From Pseudomonadota bacterium (GTDB taxonomy: Bacteria > Pseudomonadota > Alphaproteobacteria > Sphingomonadales > Sphingomonadaceae), in assembly GCA_046733235.1 (NCBI GenBank), contig JBKPOT010000030.1, positions 1,825 through 65,824 of the forward strand: DNA of 64,000 nucleotides, given 5' to 3'. The notes beneath the pieces are model-generated. The model ran no database searches. It worked only from the letters and a program-made list of their open reading frames with translations, and had not been told where the DNA came from. Below, in pieces: positions 37,475 through 46,951 of this stretch. Position 1 is the stretch's first letter, and each line of letters starts with the position of its first letter. Made by a program: the position numbers and the translations under genes.

Positions 37475-38665
37475 ATGATCAAGCGGGCGATGATTGCGCT
37501 GGCGGCATCCGCCGCTCTGGTGCCGGCGGCTGCGATGGCACAGACCGTTGCCGACCCCGATCCGACCGCCGGCGTTCCGGACATCGCGCTCGTCGCGGCC
37601 GCCGCCGCCCAGGGCGCGGGTCAGATGGGCCCGATGCGCTCGGGACCGGTTCGTACCGGCGGTCCGCTCCGGGCCGGAATGCCCGGCCGTTACAATCCCG
37701 GAATGCGGATGAACGCTCGCCCGATGAAACCCGGGATGGGCCGGGGCGGAAGCAATTCCTTCAGCAATTCCTACAGTAACTCCGTCAGCAATTCCGTCAG
37801 CAATTCCTTCAGCAATTCCTTCAGCAATTCCGGAAGCCGCGGCCGTTGGAATGGCGGACGTCGTGGCGGCTGGAGCGGCGGCACGATCGGCGGCCCGGCC
37901 TGCGGCGGAACCGGCTGCGGCGGATCCCATCATGGCGGCGGCATGAATCACGGCGGCGGAATGCACGGCGGAATGCATGGCGGCGGCAATAACCATCATT
38001 TCCGGTTCAACCGGGTTTTCCGCGGCGGCTTCATTCCGCCCCAATTCTTCGGCGGCCAGTTCGTGATCAACAATTGGAGCAATTTCGGCTTCTCCCAGCC
38101 GGGACCGGACAGCTGGTGGATCCGCTACTATGACGACGCTTTGCTGATCGACCGCAACGGCCGGGTGCTCGACGGCCGCTATGGCTTCGACTGGGACCGT
38201 TATGGCGGCGGCTGGGCCTATGGCGACGACGGCGCGCCCTATTGGGGTGGCGAAGATTCGGACGAGTGGGACGAGGACATGGACGACGGCTATGCGCGCG
38301 GCGACTACGGCCGCGACGGCGACAGGGTCGTCCGGGTCGAGCGCCACGTCATGGGCCGCGACGGCCACAGGGGCCCGCCGGCCGGTTATCGCGGCCCGCC
38401 CATGCCGATGCCGATGCCGCCGATGCCGCCCGCGCCTCCGGGCTATGGCGGCTATGGCTACGGATACGGCTATGGCGGCTACGGCTATGGCGGCGGAGTC
38501 GTCATCGTCACCGAAACGACGGTCAATCCGGCGCCGGTGGTCGAGACCCGCACCGTCTACGAGACGGTGGTCGAACGGGTCCGGGTCGCTCCGCGGGTCC
38601 GCCACAAAGTGCGCTGCGTCTGCTCGCGGCCGGCTCCGCCGCCCCGCCCCGGCGAACGCGGCTGA
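37475..38665 (+). CDS. Secreted low-complexity protein with an RcnB-like domain
   Basis: Signal peptide; INNWSNFGFSQPGPDSWWIRYYDDALLIDRNGRVLD RcnB-like core; G/S/N/H/Y/P-rich flanks. Confidence 0.85.
   Translation: MIKRAMIALAASAALVPAAAMAQTVADPDPTAGVPDIALVAAAAAQGAGQMGPMRSGPVRTGGPLRAGMPGRYNPGMRMNARPMKPGMGRGGSNSFSNSYSNSVSNSVSNSFSNSFSNSGSRGRWNGGRRGGWSGGTIGGPACGGTGCGGSHHGGGMNHGGGMHGGMHGGGNNHHFRFNRVFRGGFIPPQFFGGQFVINNWSNFGFSQPGPDSWWIRYYDDALLIDRNGRVLDGRYGFDWDRYGGGWAYGDDGAPYWGGEDSDEWDEDMDDGYARGDYGRDGDRVVRVERHVMGRDGHRGPPAGYRGPPMPMPMPPMPPAPPGYGGYGYGYGYGGYGYGGGVVIVTETTVNPAPVVETRTVYETVVERVRVAPRVRHKVRCVCSRPAPPPRPGERG
37751..37831 (+). repeat. 12-bp coding tandem repeat, about 7 units, encoding (S-N-S-F/Y/V)
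   Basis: AGCAATTCCTTC, AGCAATTCCTAC, AGTAACTCCGTC, AGCAATTCCGTC, AGCAATTCCTTC x2, AGCAATTCC. Confidence 0.95.
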
Positions 38666-38674
38666 CGCCAAGCT

Positions 38675-39130
38675 CTAGCTGAGCTGATCGAGGACCTGGT
38701 CGTCGAGGCGGCCGGGAACGATCACCAGCGGGCAGGGCAGGGTCCCCGCCACCGCGCCCGAGAAATGGCTGACCAGAGGTCCCGGCCCACCCTCGGCGGC
38801 GGCGCCGAGGACCAGGGCGGCGATCGTGTCGCGCTCCTTGAGCAGATCGGTGATCGCCTTGATCGGATCGCCCTGGCGGACCAGGATCGCCGGCTCGAAG
38901 CCGGCTTCCTCGACGATCGCTCCGGCGGCCTGGAGCGCCATCGCCTCGGCTCGAAGCCGCGCTTCCTCCTCCATCGCCGCCTGGACTCCGCCCCATTGAA
39001 CGAATTCCTGCGGCGGGATGATCGCCAATATGTCGACCTGGCCGCCGGTCCGGGCCGCCCGGCGCGCGGCATAGCGGAGCGCCACCCGCGCCTCGCTCGT
39101 CTCGTCTATCACCACCAGATAAGACCGCAT
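38675..39130 (-). CDS. Universal stress protein
   Basis: [22 protein letters not shown]...GDP...LVLGA...GPLVSHF...CPLVIVPG. Confidence 0.92.
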   Translation of the reverse strand: MRSYLVVIDETSEARVALRYAARRAARTGGQVDILAIIPPQEFVQWGGVQAAMEEEARLRAEAMALQAAGAIVEEAGFEPAILVRQGDPIKAITDLLKERDTIAALVLGAAAEGGPGPLVSHFSGAVAGTLPCPLVIVPGRLDDQVLDQLS

Positions 39131-39335
39131 TCGTCCTCCATTCGGGCGGGAGACGAAGCCGTTCGGCCGTTCGAGTCACCCGGCAATGGGAGGCCGATGG
39201 CCTTCCGCGCGCCCCCCTAAGCGACTGCGATGCTGCGCCAGTTCGCCCCACGGCGCAAGCGCCGCACTTGACCCGCCCCCCGCACTTGCTGTTTGGGTCT
39301 CGGCGCACAGTCCGACGCCGGGAGCGCTGAGCGCC

Positions 39336-40628
39336 ATGCCAATCGAACTCAAGATGCCCGCTCTCTCTCCGACGATGGAGGAAGGCACGCTCGCCAAATG
39401 GCTGGTCAAGGAAGGCGATACGGTCGCTGCCGGCGACCTTCTGGCCGAGATCGAGACCGACAAGGCGACCATGGAGTTCGAGGCTGTCGACGAGGGGACG
39501 ATCGCAAAGATTCTGGTCCCCGACGGCACCGACCAAGTGAAGGTCGGGACGGTGATCGCTCTGATCGCCGGTGAAGGCGAGGAGGCCGGAAGCACCGCTC
39601 CCTCGCCGCCGCCGGCGGCGAAGCAAGCGGCGCCCGCGCCGATGGCGCCGGCTTCGGAAGCGCCCAAGCCCGCCGCTCCACCCCCGGCGCCGTCTCAGCC
39701 GCAACCCAAAGCGGATCTCGGCGACCGGATCAAGGCGAGCCCGCTCGCCCGCCGCCTCGCCGAGCAGAAGGGCGTCGATCTCGGCTCGCTGACCGGCTCC
39801 GGCCCGGGCGGCCGGATCGTCAAGGCGGACATAGACGGCAGCCCCGCCGGGGCCGCCCCGGCGGGGCCGGCCGCCGCCCCGGCTCCAGCCGCGCCCCCGG
39901 CTGCGCCTGCTCCCGCACCGGTCCATGGCGCGCCGGACATCCCCCATGAAGCGGTCAAGCTCTCCAACATGCGCAAGACGATCGCGCGCCGGCTGACCGA
40001 ATCGAAGCAGCACGTTCCCCACATCTATCTGACCGTCGACATCCGGCTCGACGCTCTGCTCAAGCTTCGCGGCGAGCTGAACGCCTCGCTCGAGCCGCGC
40101 GGGGTCAAGCTCTCGGTCAACGATCTGCTGATCAAGGCGCTCGCCGCCTCGCTGATGGAAGTGCCCGAGTGCAACGTCCAATATACGGGCGACCAGCTTC
40201 TGACCTTCAAGCGCGCCGACATCTCGGTGGCGGTCTCGATTCCGAACGGCCTGATCACCCCGATCGTCAAGAGCGCGGACTCCAAGCCTGTCTCGGCGAT
40301 CGCGACCGAGATGAAGGACCTTGCCGGCCGCGCCCGCGAGGGCAAGCTCCAGCCCGAGGAATATCAGGGCGGCACCGCCAGCCTCTCCAACATGGGCATG
40401 TACGGGATCAAGCAGTTCGAGGCGGTGATCAACCCGCCGCAGGGCATGATCATGGCGATCGGCGCCGGCGAGAAGCGCCCCTATGTGATCGACGACAGCC
40501 TCCAGATCGCCACGGTGATGAGCGCCACCGGAAGCTTCGACCATCGCGCCATCGACGGCGCCGACGGCGCCCGGCTGATGCAGGCGTTCAAACGGCTGGT
40601 CGAGGCGCCTCTGGGGATGCTGGCGTAA
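39336..40628 (+). CDS. pdhC: Pyruvate dehydrogenase E2, dihydrolipoamide acetyltransferase
   Basis: [16 protein letters not shown] lipoyl Lys, KASPLARR E3-binding domain, FDHRAIDGA. Confidence 0.97.
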   Translation: MPIELKMPALSPTMEEGTLAKWLVKEGDTVAAGDLLAEIETDKATMEFEAVDEGTIAKILVPDGTDQVKVGTVIALIAGEGEEAGSTAPSPPPAAKQAAPAPMAPASEAPKPAAPPPAPSQPQPKADLGDRIKASPLARRLAEQKGVDLGSLTGSGPGGRIVKADIDGSPAGAAPAGPAAAPAPAAPPAAPAPAPVHGAPDIPHEAVKLSNMRKTIARRLTESKQHVPHIYLTVDIRLDALLKLRGELNASLEPRGVKLSVNDLLIKALAASLMEVPECNVQYTGDQLLTFKRADISVAVSIPNGLITPIVKSADSKPVSAIATEMKDLAGRAREGKLQPEEYQGGTASLSNMGMYGIKQFEAVINPPQGMIMAIGAGEKRPYVIDDSLQIATVMSATGSFDHRAIDGADGARLMQAFKRLVEAPLGMLA

Positions 40629-40633
40629 TTTGA

Positions 40634-41332
40634 ATGGCAAATGCTCTGAAGAATTTCCTTGATGAAACGACTGATTTGGCTCGTGTTCACATCTATCTTT
40701 ACGACGCACTTGAAGTACATCCAGACTATGTCACGGCGGGGTTAGGCGAAAAGAGCCAGCTCGAAAAGCTCAAGGATATGGATACAGAGGAAAAGGAGAA
40801 ACTCTTGGTTCTACTAAGGAATCAAGCGAAGGCCAGAGAATTGGTTACGAAACTTTTTCAGCTTCACATAATTGCCTCCTTCGAAGTGTTTATTAGCGAG
40901 ACAATTGACTGGATATTCCAAACAGATGAGCGGACTTTGAATGCTTATGTTGATCGGAAAGTACGGGACATATTTGCGGTATCCACGCTAGATGAGCTTA
41001 AGGAGTCTATAAGAGAGAGATTAACTCATGACCTAATGTTTCTGCCGATCGATGAAATGGTAACAAAACTTAAGAAAAACCATGGAGTCGAGATACTAGG
41101 CTATTATGAAATGATCTATGTACGATATCTGTTTAGTCACCGTAACTTGTGGCTTCATAACCGAGGCATCGTGGACCGCAATTTCTTGAGGTCCACCAAA
41201 TCTAAACAGCGTCGTGGATCTGTTGTGCGTAATCTCAAGATTGCTCCCATTTTTTCGGAGCTCCAGAGGATTGCAAAATTGGTCGATGCGAGGACGCGGC
41301 AGCATTTTGCAAAGGAAGAAAAGAGTGTCTGA
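40634..41332 (+). CDS. AT-rich hypothetical protein with a HEPN RNase motif (R-x4-H)
   Basis: IASFEVFISE and HRNLWLHNRGIVD; sampled lines about 38-40% GC; stop overlaps the lpdA start. Confidence 0.8.
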   Translation: MANALKNFLDETTDLARVHIYLYDALEVHPDYVTAGLGEKSQLEKLKDMDTEEKEKLLVLLRNQAKARELVTKLFQLHIIASFEVFISETIDWIFQTDERTLNAYVDRKVRDIFAVSTLDELKESIRERLTHDLMFLPIDEMVTKLKKNHGVEILGYYEMIYVRYLFSHRNLWLHNRGIVDRNFLRSTKSKQRRGSVVRNLKIAPIFSELQRIAKLVDARTRQHFAKEEKSV

Positions 41333-42707
41333 TATCTACGACCTGATCGTTCTCGGCTCCGGGCCGGGCGGCTATGTCGCCGCGATCCGGGCGTCGCAAC
41401 TCGGCCTGAAGACCGCGATCGTCGAGCGCGAGAAACTCGGCGGGATCTGCCTCAACTGGGGCTGCATTCCGACAAAGGCCCTGCTCCGTACCTCCGAGAT
41501 CAACCATTATCTCACCCACGCCGCCGCCTACGGGCTCAGCGCCGAGAAGACAGGCTTCGACCTTTCGAAGATCGTCGAACGATCGCGCAAGGTCGCCGGC
41601 CAGCTCAATGCCGGCGTCAAGGGGCTGATGAAGAAGAACAAGGTGACGGTCGTCGAAGGCGACGGAGCGATCACGGGGAAGGGGAAGCTGACCGTCAGCA
41701 AGGACGGCGCCAGGACCGAGCTTCAGGCCAAGCATATCATCATCGCGACCGGCGCCCGCGCCCGGGATCTCCCGTTCGCCAAGGCCGACGGCAAGAGGAT
41801 CTGGACCTACCGCCACGCCATGGTCCCCGCCGAGATGCCGACCAGATTGCTGGTGATCGGCTCGGGCGCGATCGGGGTCGAGTTCGCAAGCTTCTATTCG
41901 GACATGGGCGCCGAAGTGACCATCGTCGAGATGCTCGACCGGATCCTCCCGGTCGAGGACGAGGACGTCTCCGCCTTCGTCCACAAGGCGCTCGTCAAGC
42001 AGGGCATGAAGATCCACGTCTCGTCGGGAGTCGACAGGCTCGAGGCGGGGTTGGACGGGGTCAAGGCGACCCTCAAAGGCGGCGCGGTCGAGACCTATTC
42101 GCACGCCATCGTCGCCATCGGAATCGTCCCCAACAGCGAGAATATCGGCCTCGAGGCGTTGGGTGTTAAGACCGACCGCGGCCACATAATCGTCGACGGT
42201 TTTGCCCGCACCAATGTCGAGGGCATCTATGCGATCGGCGACGTCACCGGTCCGCCCTGGCTTGCGCACAAAGCGAGCCACGAGGGCGTGGTCTGCGTCG
42301 AGGCGATCGCCGGCAAGAAGCCGCACCCGTTCGAGACCTGGAACATCCCGGGCTGCACTTACTCACGCCCGCAGGTCGCCTCGGTCGGACTCACCGAGGC
42401 CAAGGCGAAGGAGAATGGCCGAAAGATCAAGGTCGGCAAATTCCCGTTCATCGGCAACGGCAAGGCGATCGCTCTCGGCGAGGCCGAGGGCTTCATCAAG
42501 ACCGTGTTCGACGAGGCGACCGGCGAACTGCTCGGCGCCCATATGGTCGGCGCCGAGGTCACCGAGCTTATCCAGGGCTATGCGATCGCCCGCCAGCTCG
42601 AGACCACCGAGGCCGAGCTGATGCACACGGTGTTCCCGCACCCCACATTGAGCGAAATGATGCATGAAAGCGTACTCGACGCCTATGGAAGGGCGCTGCA
42701 TTATTGA
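41325..42707 (+). CDS. lpdA: Dihydrolipoyl dehydrogenase (E3) of PDH
   Basis: GTG start; GSGPGGYVAAI, GGICLNWGCIP, FPHPTLSE. Confidence 0.97.
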   Translation: MSDIYDLIVLGSGPGGYVAAIRASQLGLKTAIVEREKLGGICLNWGCIPTKALLRTSEINHYLTHAAAYGLSAEKTGFDLSKIVERSRKVAGQLNAGVKGLMKKNKVTVVEGDGAITGKGKLTVSKDGARTELQAKHIIIATGARARDLPFAKADGKRIWTYRHAMVPAEMPTRLLVIGSGAIGVEFASFYSDMGAEVTIVEMLDRILPVEDEDVSAFVHKALVKQGMKIHVSSGVDRLEAGLDGVKATLKGGAVETYSHAIVAIGIVPNSENIGLEALGVKTDRGHIIVDGFARTNVEGIYAIGDVTGPPWLAHKASHEGVVCVEAIAGKKPHPFETWNIPGCTYSRPQVASVGLTEAKAKENGRKIKVGKFPFIGNGKAIALGEAEGFIKTVFDEATGELLGAHMVGAEVTELIQGYAIARQLETTEAELMHTVFPHPTLSEMMHESVLDAYGRALHY

Positions 42708-42752
42708 GCCAGGCATCGGCTGGACTCAGGCTGAGGCCGTAAGGAGCGAAAA

Positions 42753-43079
42753 GTGCCGTCGAGAACATGCCCGAAGTGCAGCGGCTCGATGAGTGAAGGG
42801 TTCGTCGCCGACCGGACTGACCACAGCATCGCCGCGGTGCCGAGTTGGATCGAGGGGGAGCCGGAAACCAGCGTCTGGACGGGCCTCAAGCTTGACGGCA
42901 AGCCGCGTTTCGACATCGCCACCTGGCGCTGCGGGCGCTGCGGCTTCCTCGAACATTATGCCTCCGACCAGCCGAGCCGTCACGGCCAGCGCCAAAAGAA
43001 GGTCCTATTTGTGGTGCTCGCCGCGGCGATCGTCGTCAGCGTCATTGCCGCCGTCGTGGCGGGGCTACTCGCGCGATGA
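42753..43079 (+). CDS. Small zinc-ribbon protein (DUF6487-like) with a C-terminal TM anchor
   Basis: CPKCSGSMSEGF...WRCGRCGFLEHYA; hydrophobic tail. Confidence 0.75.
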   Translation: MPSRTCPKCSGSMSEGFVADRTDHSIAAVPSWIEGEPETSVWTGLKLDGKPRFDIATWRCGRCGFLEHYASDQPSRHGQRQKKVLFVVLAAAIVVSVIAAVVAGLLAR

Positions 43080-43137
43080 GCCTAGGCGTGCTGGATGGCT
43101 TCGGGAGGACGCTGCGACATTGGACGAGGAGGGAGCG

Positions 43138-43740
43138 ATGGGTGACCTGCGGGTAAGCTTTCCCAGGCCTTGCGATGAGAAATGGCAGGCCATGACGCCC
43201 GAGGGACGAGCTCGAATCTGCGGCAGGTGCGACAAGGCGGTCCACGACCTTTCGCTCTATTCGATCGACGAAGCCGAAAAGCTGCTGCGGGCCAACCCGG
43301 AGGCTTGCGTGCGCGCTCGAATCGATGCTGACGGTTCCATCGCGCTCAGGCCGAACCGTCGGGGCACTACGCGGCGAATGGTGATCGCGGCCGCCGCCAC
43401 GGCCGGCTTGCTGACGTCGGGCGCGCCTGCCTTCGCGAAGCAGGACCGTCCCGGCGGCGCCATTGCCGGAAAAATGTACCCGCCCACGACCCGCACGCGG
43501 GTCGTCGCCACCGGGACGGACGGCCGGACCTTCCGCACCACCGTCAAGGTCAACGGCCGCTTCAGGATCAGGAACCTTCCCACCGGCACCTATTCGCTGA
43601 CGTTCAAACCAAGGTGCGGTGAGAATTGGACGCTCGAGAATGTCGTCGTCCAGTCGGGAGAGACATTTCTGCCGGACGTCCCGGTAGAAGGCGGCTGTAT
43701 CACCATCGGCATGCTGAGGATCGAGGGGGCCAAAGGCTGA
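43138..43740 (+). CDS. Protein with a Cys-rich N-domain, internal signal/TM and carboxypeptidase-regulatory-like beta-sandwich
   Basis: PCDEKWQAM...CGRCDKAVHD...AC; RRMVIAAAATAGLL; TVKVNGRFRIRNLPTGTYSLTF; GGAG RBS. Confidence 0.78.
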   Translation: MGDLRVSFPRPCDEKWQAMTPEGRARICGRCDKAVHDLSLYSIDEAEKLLRANPEACVRARIDADGSIALRPNRRGTTRRMVIAAAATAGLLTSGAPAFAKQDRPGGAIAGKMYPPTTRTRVVATGTDGRTFRTTVKVNGRFRIRNLPTGTYSLTFKPRCGENWTLENVVVQSGETFLPDVPVEGGCITIGMLRIEGAKG

Positions 43741-43825
43741 CCGATCGCCTGCCCGTCAGCCCGGGACCGAGGAGGAACTGGCCGGCCCGGTCCGACATTG
43801 TCCCCGGCGACAGGAATTCTGAACG

Positions 43826-44776
43826 ATGAGCGCCCAAGGCCATAGCAACCGCACCCTGCTGATCGCCTTCGGCGCCAATCTCGGCATCGCCGTCGCCAAG
43901 TTCGGCGCCGCCTGGGCCACCGGCTCGTCGGCGATGCTGACCGAGGGCATTCACAGCGTCGTCGATTCCGCCAACCAATTGCTCCTGATCTGGGGACGCA
44001 AGCAGGCACGCAAGCCCGCCGATGCCGACCATCCGTTCGGCTATGGCCGCGAGCTCTATTTCTGGAGCTTCATCGTCGCGGTCCTGGTCTTCGCGCTCGG
44101 CGCGGGAGTGTCGGTTTACGAAGGCATCCTCCATATCAAGGAGCCCGAGCACGCCGTCTCGCCGATCTACGGTTACGGAGTCCTGCTGATCGCCTTTCTG
44201 CTCGAAGGCGGCTCGACCTGGGAGGCGTTCAAGGAATTCCGCGAGGCCAAGGGCAAGCTCGGCTGGTTCGAGGCGGTCCTCAAGTCGAAGGACCCGCCGG
44301 CCTTCATCGTCCTTCTCGAGAACGGCGCGGCGATGGCGGGAATCATCGTCGCTGCCATCGGTCTCGCTCTGGCCCAGTTCACCGGCAATCCTTTCTTCGA
44401 CGGCGCCGCGTCGGTCATGATCGGGATCATCCTCGGCTTTACCGCTCTGCTGCTCGCGATCGAATCCAAGGCACTGCTGATCGGCGAGGCGGCCGATCCC
44501 GAGCTCGTCGCCGCGCTTCGCGAGGAAGCGCTCGGGCGCGACGGGGTGATCGGAGTCGGCGACATCCTCACCGTCCATTCGGCGCCGGACCAGATCACCG
44601 CGATGCTCAGCGTCGATTTCGAGGATGAGATCAGGGCCGCCGAGGTCGAGCGGATCGTCTGCGAGATCGAGGATGAGGTGAAGCGGCGCTGGCCGATCGT
44701 GAAGCGGCTCTACATCCGCCCGGTCCATGGCGCCGGCGAGAAGCGCGGAATGCTCTCGCAGGTCGCGGGCATCTAG
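43826..44776 (+). CDS. Cation diffusion facilitator (CDF) transporter
   Basis: SSAMLTEGIHSVVD, HPFGYGRELYFW, LENGAA, DGAAS. Confidence 0.93.
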   Translation: MSAQGHSNRTLLIAFGANLGIAVAKFGAAWATGSSAMLTEGIHSVVDSANQLLLIWGRKQARKPADADHPFGYGRELYFWSFIVAVLVFALGAGVSVYEGILHIKEPEHAVSPIYGYGVLLIAFLLEGGSTWEAFKEFREAKGKLGWFEAVLKSKDPPAFIVLLENGAAMAGIIVAAIGLALAQFTGNPFFDGAASVMIGIILGFTALLLAIESKALLIGEAADPELVAALREEALGRDGVIGVGDILTVHSAPDQITAMLSVDFEDEIRAAEVERIVCEIEDEVKRRWPIVKRLYIRPVHGAGEKRGMLSQVAGI

Positions 44777-44846
44777 AATAACCGTTTTTGATTGCGGCGG
44801 CCGGGGAGCGCCCTATTTTCCCGCCGACTCCAGCCCGGGAAATCGC

Positions 44847-46130
44847 ATGATCAGAACATTTCCGCTCGTCGCCGCCGCGATCGCCGCCGCGATCGCCTCA
44901 CCGGCCTCGGCCAAGTCGGTCGTCGTCACCGCAGGCCGGATGGTCGACGTCCTCGCCGGCCGTGTCGTCGAGGAGCCGGTCGTCGTCATCACCGACGGCC
45001 GGATCGTCTCGGTCGTCGGCCGCGGCGGCGCCCGTCCGGTCATCCCGGAGGGCGCGACCCGGATCGACCTGCCCGGCAAGACGATCCTTCCGGGGCTGAT
45101 CGACATGCACGTCCACCTGACCTCGCTTGCCGAGATCGGCGGCTATCGCGGCTTCCGCTACACCGATTCCTTCTGGTCGGCGGTCGGGGTCGCCAATGCC
45201 GAGAAGACTCTTCGCGCCGGCTTCACCACCGTGCGCAACGTCGGCTCGGACGGCTTCCAGGACGTCGGCCTTCGCCAGGCGGTGGACGAAGGCTGGATCC
45301 CGGGGCCGCGGATCGTCACCGCGGGCTATGCGATCGGCGCCACCGGCGGCCATTGCGACAATAATATGCTGCCGCCGAGCTTCGACCGGCCCGAAAACAG
45401 CGTCGTCAACAGCGAGGCCGAAGGCCGGGCCAAGGTGCGCTGGCTCCACAAATATGGCGCCCAGGTGATCAAGATCTGCGCGACCGGCGGAGTCTTTTCG
45501 TTGGGCGATTCGGTCGGCGGCCAGCAGCTCAGCCTCGCCGAAATGAAGGCGATCGTCGAGGAGGCGCACATGCTCCACCTCAAGGTCGCCGCCCACGCCC
45601 ATGGCGACGAGGGCATCAGGGACGCGATCCTCGCCGGGGTCGATACGATCGAGCATTGCAGCCTGGCCAGCGACGCGACGATCGCGCTCGCCGTGCAGCG
45701 CCACACCTGGTTCGACATGGATATCTACAATGACGATTATATCCTCGCGACCGGGACCGCCAACGGCACCGAGCAGGAGAGCCTCGACAAGGAAAGGGCG
45801 ATCGGCCTCAAGCAGCGGCAGACCTTTCAGCGCGCGTTCCGCGCCGGCGTGCCGATGCTGTTCGGGACCGACGCCGGAGTCTATCCGCACGGCGACAATG
45901 GCCGTCAGTTCGCCAAGATGGTCGAATGGGGCATGACCCCGATGCAGGCGATCCAGGCGGCGACGAAAAGCGCGGCTCAGGCGCTGGGCCGCGAGAATGA
46001 CGTCGGAGCGATCGCGGTCGGCCGCTGGGGCGACATCATCGCGGTCGACGGCGATCCGCTCGCCAACGTCCGCGAGCTCGAGGACGTCGACGTGGTGATC
46101 AAGGCCGGCGAGGTGGTGAAGAACGACTGA
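44847..46130 (+). CDS. Secreted metal-dependent amidohydrolase (Xaa-Pro dipeptidase-like)
   Basis: PGLIDMHVHL, GFTTVRNVG, IKICATGGV, AHAHG, TIEHC, FGTDAGV. Confidence 0.93.
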   Translation: MIRTFPLVAAAIAAAIASPASAKSVVVTAGRMVDVLAGRVVEEPVVVITDGRIVSVVGRGGARPVIPEGATRIDLPGKTILPGLIDMHVHLTSLAEIGGYRGFRYTDSFWSAVGVANAEKTLRAGFTTVRNVGSDGFQDVGLRQAVDEGWIPGPRIVTAGYAIGATGGHCDNNMLPPSFDRPENSVVNSEAEGRAKVRWLHKYGAQVIKICATGGVFSLGDSVGGQQLSLAEMKAIVEEAHMLHLKVAAHAHGDEGIRDAILAGVDTIEHCSLASDATIALAVQRHTWFDMDIYNDDYILATGTANGTEQESLDKERAIGLKQRQTFQRAFRAGVPMLFGTDAGVYPHGDNGRQFAKMVEWGMTPMQAIQAATKSAAQALGRENDVGAIAVGRWGDIIAVDGDPLANVRELEDVDVVIKAGEVVKND

Positions 46131-46465
46131 TGCCGAAGCCGCTGGACCGGGCGCGGATCGAGAAGGATTTCCGTGCCGCGGTAAACATGGACTCGGCTGA
46201 GCTGGAGCAATGGCTCGGGACTCTCGAGAGCCGGAGCGTCGGATTCAAGAAAGATGGCGGCGAATCGGTCGGCCACGCCTCCGGTCGCCGGATCGTTCGG
46301 ATATTGCGAAAGCGCGTGGCCGAGCTCGACGACGAGGATTATGCGCATATGCGCAAGACTGTGGGCTTCGTGCGCCGCCACCGGGCCCAGGAGCCCGCCA
46401 ACATGGTAACCTCGCGCTGGCGCTACGCGCTGATGAACTGGGGTAATGACCCGCTGAAAGGATAA
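46130..46465 (+). CDS. DUF3140-family protein
   Basis: FRAAVNMDSAELEQWL...ESVGHASGRRIV...HMRKTVGFVRRH...WRYALMNWGNDP. Confidence 0.88.
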   Translation: MPKPLDRARIEKDFRAAVNMDSAELEQWLGTLESRSVGFKKDGGESVGHASGRRIVRILRKRVAELDDEDYAHMRKTVGFVRRHRAQEPANMVTSRWRYALMNWGNDPLKG

Positions 46466-46527
46466 GCGGCACTGGCACGGTCGTCCCGCGTTGGGTGCGA
46501 CATATGAGATCGGACAAGGAGCGGACG

Positions 46528-46929
46528 ATGAAGGGCTATGTCGACAATATCGAGCGGCGCACGATCGAGAATGAGGATTTCCGGCGAGTCCTCTACACGG
46601 GCGAGCATCTCCAGCTCGTCCTGATGACCCTGCCGCCCGGCTGCGACATAGGCGAGGAGGTGCATGAGGATCGCGACCAGTTCTTCCGGATCGAGGAAGG
46701 CGAGGGCAAGATCCGTATCGACGGCGTGGCGAACCGGGTCGAGGACGATTTCGCGGTGATCGTCCCGGCCGGAGCGCGCCACAATGTCATCAACACCGGA
46801 GCCACGGCGCTCCGCCTGTACACCATCTACGGTCCCCCTGAGCATCGCGACAAGGTGGTTCACAAGACGAAAGAAGATGCCGAACGCGATCACGACAGCG
46901 ATCATTGGGATGGCGAGACGAGCGAGTAG
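46528..46929 (+). CDS. Cupin-2 domain protein
   Basis: FRRVLYTG..LQLVLM...IGEEVH..DQFFRIEEG...VPAGARHNVIN...LYTIYGPPEH. Confidence 0.92.
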   Translation: MKGYVDNIERRTIENEDFRRVLYTGEHLQLVLMTLPPGCDIGEEVHEDRDQFFRIEEGEGKIRIDGVANRVEDDFAVIVPAGARHNVINTGATALRLYTIYGPPEHRDKVVHKTKEDAERDHDSDHWDGETSE

Positions 46930-46951
46930 GCTGGCCCGGCGCCGCCGGTCT

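Noticed and set aside
37751-37831. Tandem repeat as a CRISPR array
   Set aside because: 12-bp units without spacers, in frame within a CDS; no cas genes
39590-39930. Pro/Ala-rich low-complexity segments in pdhC
   Set aside because: Standard flexible linkers of E2 subunits
46130-46929. DUF3140 plus cupin as a dedicated system
   Set aside because: Both are common small stress-type genes; no shared motif or tight coupling between them
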